Positions 1-9,054 of a stretch of DNA of 53,552 bases are shown one piece after another (position 1 is the stretch's first letter; each line of letters begins with the position of its first letter). The position numbers were made by a program, and so were the translations under genes. The notes under the pieces were generated by a model that did no database searches, had not been told where the DNA came from, and worked only from the letters and a program-made list of their open reading frames with translations. This DNA is from Acutalibacteraceae bacterium (GTDB lineage: Bacteria > Actinomycetota > Coriobacteriia > Coriobacteriales > Coriobacteriaceae). Where the stretch lies: assembly GCA_963599935.1 (NCBI GenBank), contig CAVCBD010000001.1, forward strand, positions 1 through 53,552. The letters run 5' to 3'.

Positions 1-509
1 CCCGAGAAGGTGCCGAGCCAATCGGGAACCTTGGCATCGTAGAAGCGGTCATGGATCGCGACGACGGTTGCCGACACCGCCAGCGGGCCGATAATGCCGG
101 TGTCGAGCGTCTTGATGCCGTCGATGACGGTGATGCCGCTAGCGGAGTTCAAAAACGACGGGTACTTAAGCCCAAGGTTGTCTCCGCTCAGCTTAATGAT
201 CTCGCTCAAAAAGAAACAGTAGGCAAAATAGGCTACGAGCGCCTCGAGGCAGCAGCGTGCCGGTTGCTTTTGGGCAAGGCCGATAGGCAGCGCTACGGCA
301 AAAAGGAGTGGAAGGCGCTTAAAGACCGTCCACGAGCCGCGCTGAATGATAGTCCAGAAAACGTACCAGGGGGTTCCGTATACGGCGAGGTCGCCGACGA
401 TATCCACGGTCGTTGCGAGGGCGGAGATGCCGACCATGAGGCCTGATATAGAAAACAGCATGGCGGGCGCGAACATGGCTCCGCCAAAACGTTGGATTTT
501 CTGCAGCAT
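1..509 (-). CDS. Alpha-glucoside/maltose-type PTS EIIC(B) component (GlvC/MalP family), N-terminal part, runs off the window
   Basis: Manual minus-strand translation from ATG at 509: MLQKIQRFGGAMFAPAMLFSISGLMVGIS...WTVFKRLPLLFAVALPIGLA...ARCCLEAL, matching the GlvC-type N-terminus; GAAAGG RBS upstream. Not in the ORF track because it has no stop in the window. Confidence 0.85.
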   Translation of the reverse strand, partial: MLQKIQRFGGAMFAPAMLFSISGLMVGISALATTVDIVGDLAVYGTPWYVFWTIIQRGSWTVFKRLPLLFAVALPIGLAQKQPARCCLEALVAYFAYCFFLSEIIKLSGDNLGLKYPSFLNSASGITVIDGIKTLDTGIIGPLAVSATVVAIHDRFYDAKVPDWLGTFS

Positions 510-733
510 AATATGCCTTTCGGATGCAACATGCTGTGCGAGCAAGAACGTTTAAACAATGAACTCATTGTAGAGGACTGGCTGCTTGCCGCATTGACGG
601 TTTTGATTCGGTCCGATTTGGGTTTCGGGGGAACCGTCGACGGTAAATAATCCGTGCTTTACCGATAATCGGTTTAAACAACTTTAAGAAATGCTATCGT
701 GCCTAGCCATACATATTCATTAGAGGTGAAATC

Positions 734-1453
734 ATGCCAAAAGCGATTTACGAAGGAATCTACCGCGAGATCCGTTCGCGCATCATCAACGGGACCTATG
801 CGTTTCAGGAGATGCTGCCAACCGAAGCCGAGCTGACCGCGGAGTTTGGCTGCACGCGCAATACCGTTCGACGCGCCTTGAGCATGCTGGCCGACCAGAT
901 GTTTGTGCAGCCTATACACGGTAAGGGCGTGCGCGTTATTTGGCTTAAGGGCGAAACCGACATGCTGGGCGCACTCGAAGAGGTTGAGTCGTTTGGCGAG
1001 TTCGCAAAACGCAACAATGCCGTCGCATCGACCGAGGTCAAGTCTTTTGAACATTTGATTTGCACTGAGCAACTCTCACGTCGCCTGGGCTTTAAGGTGG
1101 GCGAGGAGCTGATTCGCGTAGTGCGTGTCCGAAGCCTCAACGGCAGCGCGCGCCAAGTGGACCATGGCTACTTTTTGGCGTCGATCGCCAAGGGCCTGAC
1201 CCCCGAGATCGCGGCGGATTCTATCTACGGCTATCTGGAGCACAAGCGCGGCGTCAAAGTGATGGCGAGCCGTCGTACGGTGAGTGTCGAGCTCGCCAAC
1301 GATGAAGACTGCAGCTATCTGGACCTCGGCAAGTACAACTGCGTCGCCGTTATGGAGAGCCAGTCGTACACCTCGGACGGCATCTTGTTCGAGGTCACGC
1401 ATGCCCGCACACACCCCGAGATCTTCCATTACCGCGTCAATTCCAAGCGATAG
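734..1453 (+). CDS. GntR/HutC-family (TreR-like) transcriptional repressor with UTRA domain
   Basis: wHTH motif LPTEAELTAEFGCTRNTVRRAL...GKG plus UTRA-like C-terminus; divergent from the PTS gene. Confidence 0.9.
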   Translation: MPKAIYEGIYREIRSRIINGTYAFQEMLPTEAELTAEFGCTRNTVRRALSMLADQMFVQPIHGKGVRVIWLKGETDMLGALEEVESFGEFAKRNNAVASTEVKSFEHLICTEQLSRRLGFKVGEELIRVVRVRSLNGSARQVDHGYFLASIAKGLTPEIAADSIYGYLEHKRGVKVMASRRTVSVELANDEDCSYLDLGKYNCVAVMESQSYTSDGILFEVTHARTHPEIFHYRVNSKR

Positions 1454-1495
1454 CCGGCTAGCTCGCAGCCTGACGAGACTCATGCCCTCAAAGCG

Positions 1496-1543
1496 AAAAC
1501 GCCCGGTCAAACCGACGATGCATCGGCTTGATCGGGCGTTTTC
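1496..1543 (+). terminator. Intrinsic terminator-like hairpin after the GntR gene
   Basis: AAAACGCCCGGTCAA...TTGATCGGGCGTTTT. Confidence 0.6.
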
Positions 1544-1564
1544 TCTGCATTCGATAACAAATAA

Positions 1565-1651
1565 TTGTTTATACAAAACTTGTCAAGTATCAAGTCGAAA
1601 TTACCGTTCACCGAAGTTTTTCTACCGCTCTAGTAATACTTGTTCAAACAA
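1565..1651. promoter_or_regulatory. Putative GntR/HutC-type operators upstream of the ABC operon
   Basis: TTGTTTATACAA (1565-1576) and TTGTTCAAACAA (1640-1651), GT-N-TA-N-AC-like palindromes. Confidence 0.6.
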
Positions 1652-1759
1652 CTAGCCAAATAGCGTATTGTACAAGTCAGCAAAAGGGGCAAAGTCCCCG
1701 AGCCAATCTCCGAAGGCGGCGGCAAAGGGTGCCGCCACGGTGTGAAAGGGTGGATTGTA

Positions 1760-3076
1760 ATGAAGAACGAAATGAGCAGAAGGCAGTTCCTGGGCTTCGC
1801 TGGTTCCGCGGCTGCGGTTCTGGGTCTGGGTCTTGTGGGCTGTGGTGGCTCCGCCGGCTCCGGCTCCTCTGCTTCTGGTGACGCCGCCGAGGTCTACTTC
1901 CTCCAATTCAAGCCCGAGGTCGACAAGGAGTGGAAGGAGATCGCCAAGGCGTACAAGAAGGAGAAGGGCGTCGAGGTCAAGATCGTGACCGCCGCCTCCA
2001 ACACCTACGAGGAGAAGCTCAAGTCCGAGATGTCCAAGAGCTCCGCTCCGACGCTGTTCCAGGTCAACGGCCCCACCGGCCTTAAGAACTGGAAGGACTA
2101 CTGCGCCGATCTTTCCGACACCAAGCTCCGCGGCGAGCTCATCGACGACTCCCTGGCGCTGCAGTCCGACGGCAAGGATCTGGGTATCGACTGGGTTCAG
2201 GAGAGCTACGGCATCATTTACAACAAGGAGCTCCTCGAGAAGGCCGGCTACAAGGCCGAGGACATCAACTCCTTCGACAAGCTGAAGGCTTGCGCCGATG
2301 ACATCCAGGCCCGCAAGGACGAGCTCGGCGTTGAGGGTGCCTTTACTTCCGCCGGTATGGATGACTCCTCCAGCTGGCGCTACACCACGCACCTCGCCAA
2401 CCTCCCGCTCTACTACGAGTTCGAGAAGGAGCACAATCAGGAGGACGACGAGATCAAGGGCGAGTATCTCGACAACTTTAAGCAGATCTTCGACCTGTAC
2501 ATCACTGACTCCACCTGCGATCCTTCGCAGCTCGCCTCCAAGACCGGTGACGACGCCACCAACGAGTTCGCAACCGGCAAGGCCGTCTTCTATCAGAACG
2601 GCTCTTGGGCCTACTCCGACCTCATCAAGGCCGGCATGACCGACGATCAGATTGGCATGATGCCCATCTACATCGGCGTTGACGGCGAGGAGAACCAGGG
2701 CCTGTGCTCCGGCGGCGAGAACTACTGGTGCGTCAGCTCCCAGGCTTCCGAGGATGCCCAGAAGGCCACCGAGGACTTCATGTATTGGTGCGTCACCTCT
2801 GACACCGCCACCAGCATCATCGCTGACAAGATGGGTCTGACCGCCCCGTTCAAGAGCGCTAAGGAAACCACCAACGTCTTCTCGCAGCAGGCCGTTGCCA
2901 TGGCCAAGGACGGTAAGAAGACCGTCGCTTGGGACTTCGTCTACATCCCCTCCGAGGAGTGGAAGAAGAACCTCAAGCAGGCTCTGATCGCCTATGCTGC
3001 CGACAACAGCAAGTGGGACGGCGTCAAGAACGCCTTCGTGGATGGCTGGAAGACCGAGAAGGCTGCTTCCGAGTAA
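1760..3076 (+). CDS. Sugar ABC transporter substrate-binding lipoprotein (MsmE/MalE-like) with Tat signal
   Basis: SRRQFL twin-arginine motif, LVGC lipobox, SBP family 1 features; ATG at 1760 after GAAAGG. Confidence 0.9.
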   Translation: MKNEMSRRQFLGFAGSAAAVLGLGLVGCGGSAGSGSSASGDAAEVYFLQFKPEVDKEWKEIAKAYKKEKGVEVKIVTAASNTYEEKLKSEMSKSSAPTLFQVNGPTGLKNWKDYCADLSDTKLRGELIDDSLALQSDGKDLGIDWVQESYGIIYNKELLEKAGYKAEDINSFDKLKACADDIQARKDELGVEGAFTSAGMDDSSSWRYTTHLANLPLYYEFEKEHNQEDDEIKGEYLDNFKQIFDLYITDSTCDPSQLASKTGDDATNEFATGKAVFYQNGSWAYSDLIKAGMTDDQIGMMPIYIGVDGEENQGLCSGGENYWCVSSQASEDAQKATEDFMYWCVTSDTATSIIADKMGLTAPFKSAKETTNVFSQQAVAMAKDGKKTVAWDFVYIPSEEWKKNLKQALIAYAADNSKWDGVKNAFVDGWKTEKAASE

Positions 3077-3163
3077 GCAATTGCTGCCCAAGCTATCTGA
3101 TTAGCGACAGGGGGCGGGCAGACGTTGGTTTGCCCGCCCCCTGCATATTGAAAGGACCCTTCT

Positions 3164-4018
3164 ATGGGCAAAGCACTCAAGCGCTGGTGGCCGCTCTTTA
3201 TGCTGCCCACGTGCCTGGCGTTTATGATCGGGTTCGTGATTCCCTTTATCCAGGGCTTCTATCTCTCGTTCTGCCAGTTTATTACCATTAACAACACGCA
3301 CTTTGTCGGTATCGAGAACTACGTGCGCGCGCTGTCCGATCCGCAGTTTGCCACGTCGTTCTTCTTTACGGTGGCGTTTGCCTTCCTGTCGACGGTGCTC
3401 ATCAACGTGATCGCCCTCGCCATTGCGCAGGCGCTCACCCGCAAGGCGCTCAAGGGCACTAACATCTTCCGTACGATCTTCTTTATGCCGAACCTGATCG
3501 GCGGCATCGTGCTGGGCTACATTTGGCAGATTCTGATCAACTGCCTGCTCTCCAACATCGGCGCCGACCTTATTGCCCTTAACTCCGCTGCCGGCTTCTG
3601 GGGCCTTATCATCCTGACCCTGTGGCAGCAGGTCGGCTACATGATGATCATCTACATCGCCGGTCTGCAGTCCATTCCGTCCGACTACATCGAGGCCGCC
3701 AAGGTTGACGGTGCCACGGCATGGCAGACGTTTTGGAAGGTTAAGATCCCCAATCTGATGCCGACGATTACCATCTGCCTGTTCCTGTCCATCACCAACG
3801 GCTTTAAGCTGTTCGACCAGAACCTCGCCCTTACCGGCGGCGCCCCTGCGCACTCCACCGAGATGCTCGCCCTGAACATCTACAACACGTTCTACTCGCG
3901 TGCCGGCATCGCATGGCAGGGCATTGGCCAGGCCAAGGCGGTTATCTTCTGCATCCTGGTCGTAGCAATCTCCATGATCCAGCTTAAGGCCACGAGGTCC
4001 AAGGAGGTGCAGCAGTAA
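3164..4018 (+). CDS. Carbohydrate ABC permease (MalF/MsmF-like)
   Basis: Multiple TM segments; EAA motif YIEAAKVDGA. Confidence 0.92.
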   Translation: MGKALKRWWPLFMLPTCLAFMIGFVIPFIQGFYLSFCQFITINNTHFVGIENYVRALSDPQFATSFFFTVAFAFLSTVLINVIALAIAQALTRKALKGTNIFRTIFFMPNLIGGIVLGYIWQILINCLLSNIGADLIALNSAAGFWGLIILTLWQQVGYMMIIYIAGLQSIPSDYIEAAKVDGATAWQTFWKVKIPNLMPTITICLFLSITNGFKLFDQNLALTGGAPAHSTEMLALNIYNTFYSRAGIAWQGIGQAKAVIFCILVVAISMIQLKATRSKEVQQ

Positions 4019-4857
4019 TGAAACGCGATAAGGCTATTAACCGCGCGCTCTCGATTTTCTTTACGATTCTGTCGCTCGCGTGGATCTACCCCGTGTTCAT
4101 GATTGCGCTCAATTCCTTTAAAAAGGGAACAGCAATCAGCACCACCACGGCGTTCGATTTGCTCACGCCCGAGACGTTCAACGGTCTCGCAAACTACGTG
4201 CACGCTCTGAACGAGCAGGGCTTTGCCTCGGCGTTTATGTACTCGCTCATCATCACGGTCACGTCGGTCGTTCTGATTTTGGTGTGCTGCTCCATGTGCG
4301 CTTGGTACGTAGTGCGCGTCAACAGCAAGATTTCGAACCTCTTCTATTACCTGTTCGTCTTCTCGATGGTCGTGCCCTTCCAGATGCTCATGTTCACGCT
4401 GTCCAATTTGGCGGACCGCATCGGCTTCAACACGCCGTTCAACATCTGCTTTATCTACCTTGGCTTTGGCGCGGGCCTGGCGGTCTTTATGTTCGCCGGC
4501 TTTGTAAAGAACATCCCGCTCGAGATCGAAGAGGCGGCCATGATCGACGGCTGCAACCCGGTCCAGGTGTTCTTTAAGATTGTTCTCCCCATCATGAAGC
4601 CCACCTATCTTTCGGTCGGCATCCTCGAGACCATGTGGGTCTGGAACGACTATCTGCTGCCCTACCTTACGCTCGACTCCACCAAGTACAAGACCATTCC
4701 TATCTTGATTCAGTACTTCCGCGGCGGCTACGGCCACGTCGAGCTCGGCCCCATGATGGCCTGCATCATGATGGTCGTTGTCCCCATCGTCATCATGTAC
4801 ATCCTCTGCCAGAAGTACATCATCGACGGTGTGGTGGCAGGTGCCGTCAAGGGCTGA
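4018..4857 (+). CDS. Carbohydrate ABC permease (MalG/MsmG-like)
   Basis: EEAAMIDGC, WNDY, C-terminal GAVKG; TAATG coupling to the upstream gene. Confidence 0.92.
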   Translation: MKRDKAINRALSIFFTILSLAWIYPVFMIALNSFKKGTAISTTTAFDLLTPETFNGLANYVHALNEQGFASAFMYSLIITVTSVVLILVCCSMCAWYVVRVNSKISNLFYYLFVFSMVVPFQMLMFTLSNLADRIGFNTPFNICFIYLGFGAGLAVFMFAGFVKNIPLEIEEAAMIDGCNPVQVFFKIVLPIMKPTYLSVGILETMWVWNDYLLPYLTLDSTKYKTIPILIQYFRGGYGHVELGPMMACIMMVVVPIVIMYILCQKYIIDGVVAGAVKG

Positions 4858-4925
4858 TGCCGTAACTGTTTTGCAAGTTTTAGCGGCGCCCCTCAGCGCG
4901 GCGCCGCGTATCGAAAGGTAGAGAC

Positions 4926-6125
4926 ATGGCCGAGATCGTTCTCAAACATGTTCAGAAGGTGTATCCCAACAACGAGTCCAAAAAGAAGGACTTCTTTGGC
5001 AAAAAGAAGAAGACCGAGGAGAAGAAGCACAACCTCAAGGTTACCGAGGACGGCGTGCTCGCTGTAGAGGACTTTAACCTCACCGTTCACGACCAGGAGT
5101 TCATCGTCCTCGTTGGCCCCTCTGGCTGCGGTAAGTCCACGACGATGCGCATGGTCGCCGGCCTGGAGGACATTACCTCGGGCGACGTGCTCATCGACGG
5201 CAAGCGCGTCAACGACGTCGCTCCCAAGGACCGCGACATCGCCATGGTGTTCCAGAGCTACGCCCTGTATCCCAACATGACGGTGTACGAGAACATGGCG
5301 TTTACGCTCGAGCTCAAGAAGGTCCCCAAAGACGAGATTGACCGCAAGGTTCGCTCCGCTGCCGAGATCTTGGGTATTACCGAGTACCTCGACCGTAAGC
5401 CCAAGGCGCTTTCGGGTGGCCAGCGCCAGCGCGTCGCCATCGGCCGCGCTATCGTTCGTGACCCCAAGGTCTTCCTGATGGACGAGCCGCTGTCCAACCT
5501 GGACGCCAAGCTGCGTAACCAGATGCGTGCCGAGCTCATCAAGCTGCGTCACGAGATTAAGGGCACCTTTATCTACGTTACCCACGATCAGACCGAGGCC
5601 ATGACCCTCGGCGACCGCATCGTGGTCATGAAGGACGGCGCCGTCCAGCAGATCGCCACGCCGCAAGAGGTCTTCAACCATCCCGCGAACATCTTCGTCG
5701 CCGGTTTTATCGGCGTGCCGCAGATGAACTTCTTCGATGCCCAGCTGGTGCGCTCGGGCGACGGCTTCACCGTCAAGACCGAGGATATGAACGTGGCGCT
5801 CGCCCCCGAGACCTGCGCTCAGCTTGCTCTCAACTGGGACGACGGCGACGTGAAGGAGATTACGGCCGGCGTGCGCCCCGAGCAGATTCTGCTTGCCGAC
5901 AAGGACGAGGAGGGTGCGCTCCAGGGCACCGTCGAGGTGACCGAGCTCATGGGTTCGACCGAGCATGTCCACGTGACCGCTCCCGATGGCCAGTTCGTCC
6001 TGATCATTCCCGTCGTCGACCTCGAGGCCAAGGGTGCGCTCAAGGCTGGCGACACCATCTGGTTCAAGTTCGAGAAGAACGCGACCCATCTCTTCGATAA
6101 GGTGTCTGGCAAGAATCTTATCTAG
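4926..6125 (+). CDS. Sugar ABC transporter ATPase (MsmK/MsmX/UgpC family)
   Basis: GPSGCGKST, LSGGQRQR, DEPLSNLD, YVTHDQ. Confidence 0.95.
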   Translation: MAEIVLKHVQKVYPNNESKKKDFFGKKKKTEEKKHNLKVTEDGVLAVEDFNLTVHDQEFIVLVGPSGCGKSTTMRMVAGLEDITSGDVLIDGKRVNDVAPKDRDIAMVFQSYALYPNMTVYENMAFTLELKKVPKDEIDRKVRSAAEILGITEYLDRKPKALSGGQRQRVAIGRAIVRDPKVFLMDEPLSNLDAKLRNQMRAELIKLRHEIKGTFIYVTHDQTEAMTLGDRIVVMKDGAVQQIATPQEVFNHPANIFVAGFIGVPQMNFFDAQLVRSGDGFTVKTEDMNVALAPETCAQLALNWDDGDVKEITAGVRPEQILLADKDEEGALQGTVEVTELMGSTEHVHVTAPDGQFVLIIPVVDLEAKGALKAGDTIWFKFEKNATHLFDKVSGKNLI

Positions 6126-6193
6126 GCCCGGTGCATCCAGGCCCTCCCTTTGGGCGACTGCGGTATTGCCATCCTTTTGCCGCGGTCACATAT

Positions 6194-6237
6194 AAGGCTT
6201 CCCTCCCGTCCACTGGGCGAGAGGGGAGCCTTTCTTT
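6194..6237 (+). terminator. Intrinsic terminator of the ABC operon
   Basis: AAGGCTTCCCTC...GAGGGGAGCCTT followed by a T-rich tail. Confidence 0.7.
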
Positions 6238-6265
6238 GTGTTGGGGTTGTCCATCTACCAGTTTG

Positions 6266-6560
6266 TCTTGAACTGTAACAGGAGGAGGGCCAAGGTCGGT
6301 CTAGATGTTACAGATCGAGACAGCGTTGAGCTGCCTGTCCTTTCATCTCGATCTGTAACACGAAGGACTGATTTCGGCAGTTACCTGTTACAGAACGAGA
6401 TTGTTTTAGCCGGCTTATCCATTTGTCTCGATCTGTAACAGGTAGACCCGATTCCAGCGGTTATCTGTTACAGATTGAGACAGTTTCTCGGAACAATTCT
6501 GTTTGTCTCGATTTGTAACAGGTAGACCCAATTTTCTCGGCTAGGTGTTACAGGCCGAGA
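6266..6560. repeat. Array of eight 15-bp motifs (consensus TCTCGATCTGTAACA) in alternating orientation, 40-bp period, 25-bp spacers
   Basis: Forward copies start at 6266, 6346, 6426, 6506; reverse-complement copies at 6306, 6386, 6466, 6546. Confidence 0.95.
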
Positions 6561-6599
6561 TTGTTTGGTCGAGGCAGGCCACGGGCAACACAAGGGCAC

Positions 6600-6631
6600 A
6601 AAAAACGGAGCCGTGTTGCCACGACTCCGTT
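6600..6631 (-). terminator. Intrinsic terminator of malQ-glgP
   Basis: AAAAAACGGAG-CCGTG...CACG-ACTCCGTT; poly-U tail on the minus strand. Confidence 0.7.
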
Positions 6632-6658
6632 CCTCAAGAGGATGGTAAGGGGAATGGG

Positions 6659-8926
6659 TTAGTCCAGGTGCCAGATCTCGTCGTTGTACTGGGAGATCGT
6701 GCGGTCGGACGAGAAGGTGCCGGCGTTGGCGATATTGATGAGCGCCTTGCGCATCCAGGCGTCCTGGTCCTCGTAGTCTGCCAGCACGCGCTCCTTGGTC
6801 TGGATGTACTCCTCAATGTCGAGCAGGGCCATAAACCAGTCCTTGCCCTTGATGTCGTCGTGCAGACGCTGCAGGCGCTCGGCGTTGCCGGTTGCCATAA
6901 AGGCGGGGCTGGTGATGAAGTCCACCAGCAGCTTGATGCCGGGCTTGCGGTAGAGCGCACCGGCGTTATAGCTGCCGTCGGCATAGAGCTGCTCGACCTG
7001 CTTGGACGAGGCACCAAAGGTGTAGATGTTCTCGTCGCCCACAAGCTCGGCAATCTCCACGTTGGCACCGTCGAGCGTGCACAGGGTCAGGGCACCGTTG
7101 AGCATGAACTTCATGTTGGAGGTGCCGCTTGCCTCCTTGGAGGCCAGGCTGATCTGCTCGGAGATGTCGGCAGCGGGAATCACGCGCTCGGCAGCCGTGA
7201 CGTTGTAGTTCTCGATCATAACGACCTGCAGGTAGGGAGCTACGTCGGGGTCGTTGGCAATCCATTGGGAAAGCGTCAGGATCAGATGGATGATGTCCTG
7301 TGCGATGGTGTAGGCGGGAGCGGCCTTGCCGCCAAAGATGATGGTGACGGGGTGCTCGGGCTTGTTGCCGTTCTTGATATCGAGGTACTTCCAGATAATG
7401 TAGAGCGCGAGCATCTGCTGGCGCTTGTACTCGTGGATACGCTTGACCTGAACATCGATGATGGCGTTGGAGGGAATGGTCACGCCCTGCTCGAGCGCCA
7501 TGAACTGGCGCATGATGGCCTTGGCCTCGACCTTGGTGGCGGCCAGGCGCTCAAGAACATCCTTGTCGTCGGCGAACTCGGCGAGCTTGCTCAGGTCGCC
7601 GGTGCTGCGCCAATCGGTGCCGATCACATCGTCGAGCAGGTTGGCGAGCGCGGGGTTGGCGCCATGAATCCAGCGGCGGAAGGTGATGCCGTTGGTCTTG
7701 TTGGAGAACTTCTCGGGATAAATCTCGTAGAACGGATGAAGCTCGGTGTCCTTCAAGATCTTGGTGTGGAGCGCGGCGACGCCGTTGATGGAGAAGCCAA
7801 AGTGAATGTCCATGTGGGCCATGTGGACGGTGTCGTGCTCATCGATGATGGCGACGCGCGGGTCATCGTGCTCGGCCTTGGCGACCTCGTCGAGCTTGAC
7901 GATGATGTCGGCGATGGCGGGCGAGACCTTCTGCAGGCTGGCGAGCGGCCACTTCTCGAGCGCCTCGGCAAGAATCGTATGGTTGGTGTAGGCGACCATG
8001 GAGCGCACGATGGTAACGGCCTCATCAAACTCGATGCCGTGCTCGGTGGTGAGCAGGCGGATGAGCTCGGGAATGACCATGGTGGGGTGCGTGTCGTTGA
8101 TTTGGACCACGGCGTAGTCGGCAAGGTCGTGCAGGTTGCTGCCGCGCTCGACGGCCTCGTCGATCAGGAGCTGGGCGGCGTTGCTCACCATGAAGTACTC
8201 CTGGTAGATGCGAAGCAGGCGGCCCTGCTCGTCGGAATCATCCGGGTAGAGGAACAGGGTGAGGTTCTTGGCGATCTCGGTCTTGTCAAAGTCGATGGAG
8301 CTACCGGGGACCAGGCCGTCGTCGACACTTGCCAGGTCGAACAGGCGCAGGCGGTTCTTGGTGGGCTGGCCGTAACCGGGCACATCGATGTTGACGAGCT
8401 TGGAGGTGACGGCAAAATCGCCAAACTCGACGGTGTAGGAGCGGTCGTCATCGATCAGAATGTCCTGCTCGCCGAGCCACTCGTCAGGGACGGCCTTCTG
8501 CTGGTTGTCGACAAAGCGCTGGCGGAACAGGCCGTAGTGGTAGTTGAGACCAACGCCGTCACCGGTGAGACCCAGCGTGGCGATGGAGTCCAGGAAGCAC
8601 GCGGCCAAACGGCCCAGGCCGCCATTGCCCAGCGACGGCTCGACCTCAAACTCCTCGATCTTGTTGAGGTCGTGGCCCGCGGCGGTGAGCTGCTCCTTGA
8701 CCTCGTCGTAGATGCCGAGGTCGATCATGTTGTTGATGAGCAACTTGCCGATCAAAAACTCGGCAGAGATGTAATAGAGCTTTTTCTTGCCGTTGTTGAG
8801 CGGGCAGGCGGCAGAGCGCTCCTGCACGAGTTTGACGAGCAGCTTGTAAATGTGGCGATCATCGAGTTGCTCGAGCGAAGTTCCAAAGGACTGCTCGGCA
8901 AGATCCGCAAGATTGATATGGGGCAT
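6659..8926 (-). CDS. glgP: Glycogen/maltodextrin phosphorylase
   Basis: LGNGGLGRLAACF, QINDTHP, VKRIHEYKRQ, EASGTSNMKF (PLP lysine). Confidence 0.95.
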   Translation of the reverse strand: MPHINLADLAEQSFGTSLEQLDDRHIYKLLVKLVQERSAACPLNNGKKKLYYISAEFLIGKLLINNMIDLGIYDEVKEQLTAAGHDLNKIEEFEVEPSLGNGGLGRLAACFLDSIATLGLTGDGVGLNYHYGLFRQRFVDNQQKAVPDEWLGEQDILIDDDRSYTVEFGDFAVTSKLVNIDVPGYGQPTKNRLRLFDLASVDDGLVPGSSIDFDKTEIAKNLTLFLYPDDSDEQGRLLRIYQEYFMVSNAAQLLIDEAVERGSNLHDLADYAVVQINDTHPTMVIPELIRLLTTEHGIEFDEAVTIVRSMVAYTNHTILAEALEKWPLASLQKVSPAIADIIVKLDEVAKAEHDDPRVAIIDEHDTVHMAHMDIHFGFSINGVAALHTKILKDTELHPFYEIYPEKFSNKTNGITFRRWIHGANPALANLLDDVIGTDWRSTGDLSKLAEFADDKDVLERLAATKVEAKAIMRQFMALEQGVTIPSNAIIDVQVKRIHEYKRQQMLALYIIWKYLDIKNGNKPEHPVTIIFGGKAAPAYTIAQDIIHLILTLSQWIANDPDVAPYLQVVMIENYNVTAAERVIPAADISEQISLASKEASGTSNMKFMLNGALTLCTLDGANVEIAELVGDENIYTFGASSKQVEQLYADGSYNAGALYRKPGIKLLVDFITSPAFMATGNAERLQRLHDDIKGKDWFMALLDIEEYIQTKERVLADYEDQDAWMRKALINIANAGTFSSDRTISQYNDEIWHLD

Positions 8927-9054
8927 GTTTCCTCCTGTGGTGAGTCGACTACATGTCAGAAATTCAAAAGAAGCCCGCGCGAGGGATTGGGATGGCCTCG
9001 CGCGGGAAAAGCGGTCGCGTCCGCACGGTGGGGTGGGGTCGGGCGCGGTGGCTC

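Noticed and set aside
6266..6560. Canonical CRISPR array
   Set aside because: Repeats are only 15 bp and alternate in orientation, spacers are partly related to each other, and there is no leader or cas gene
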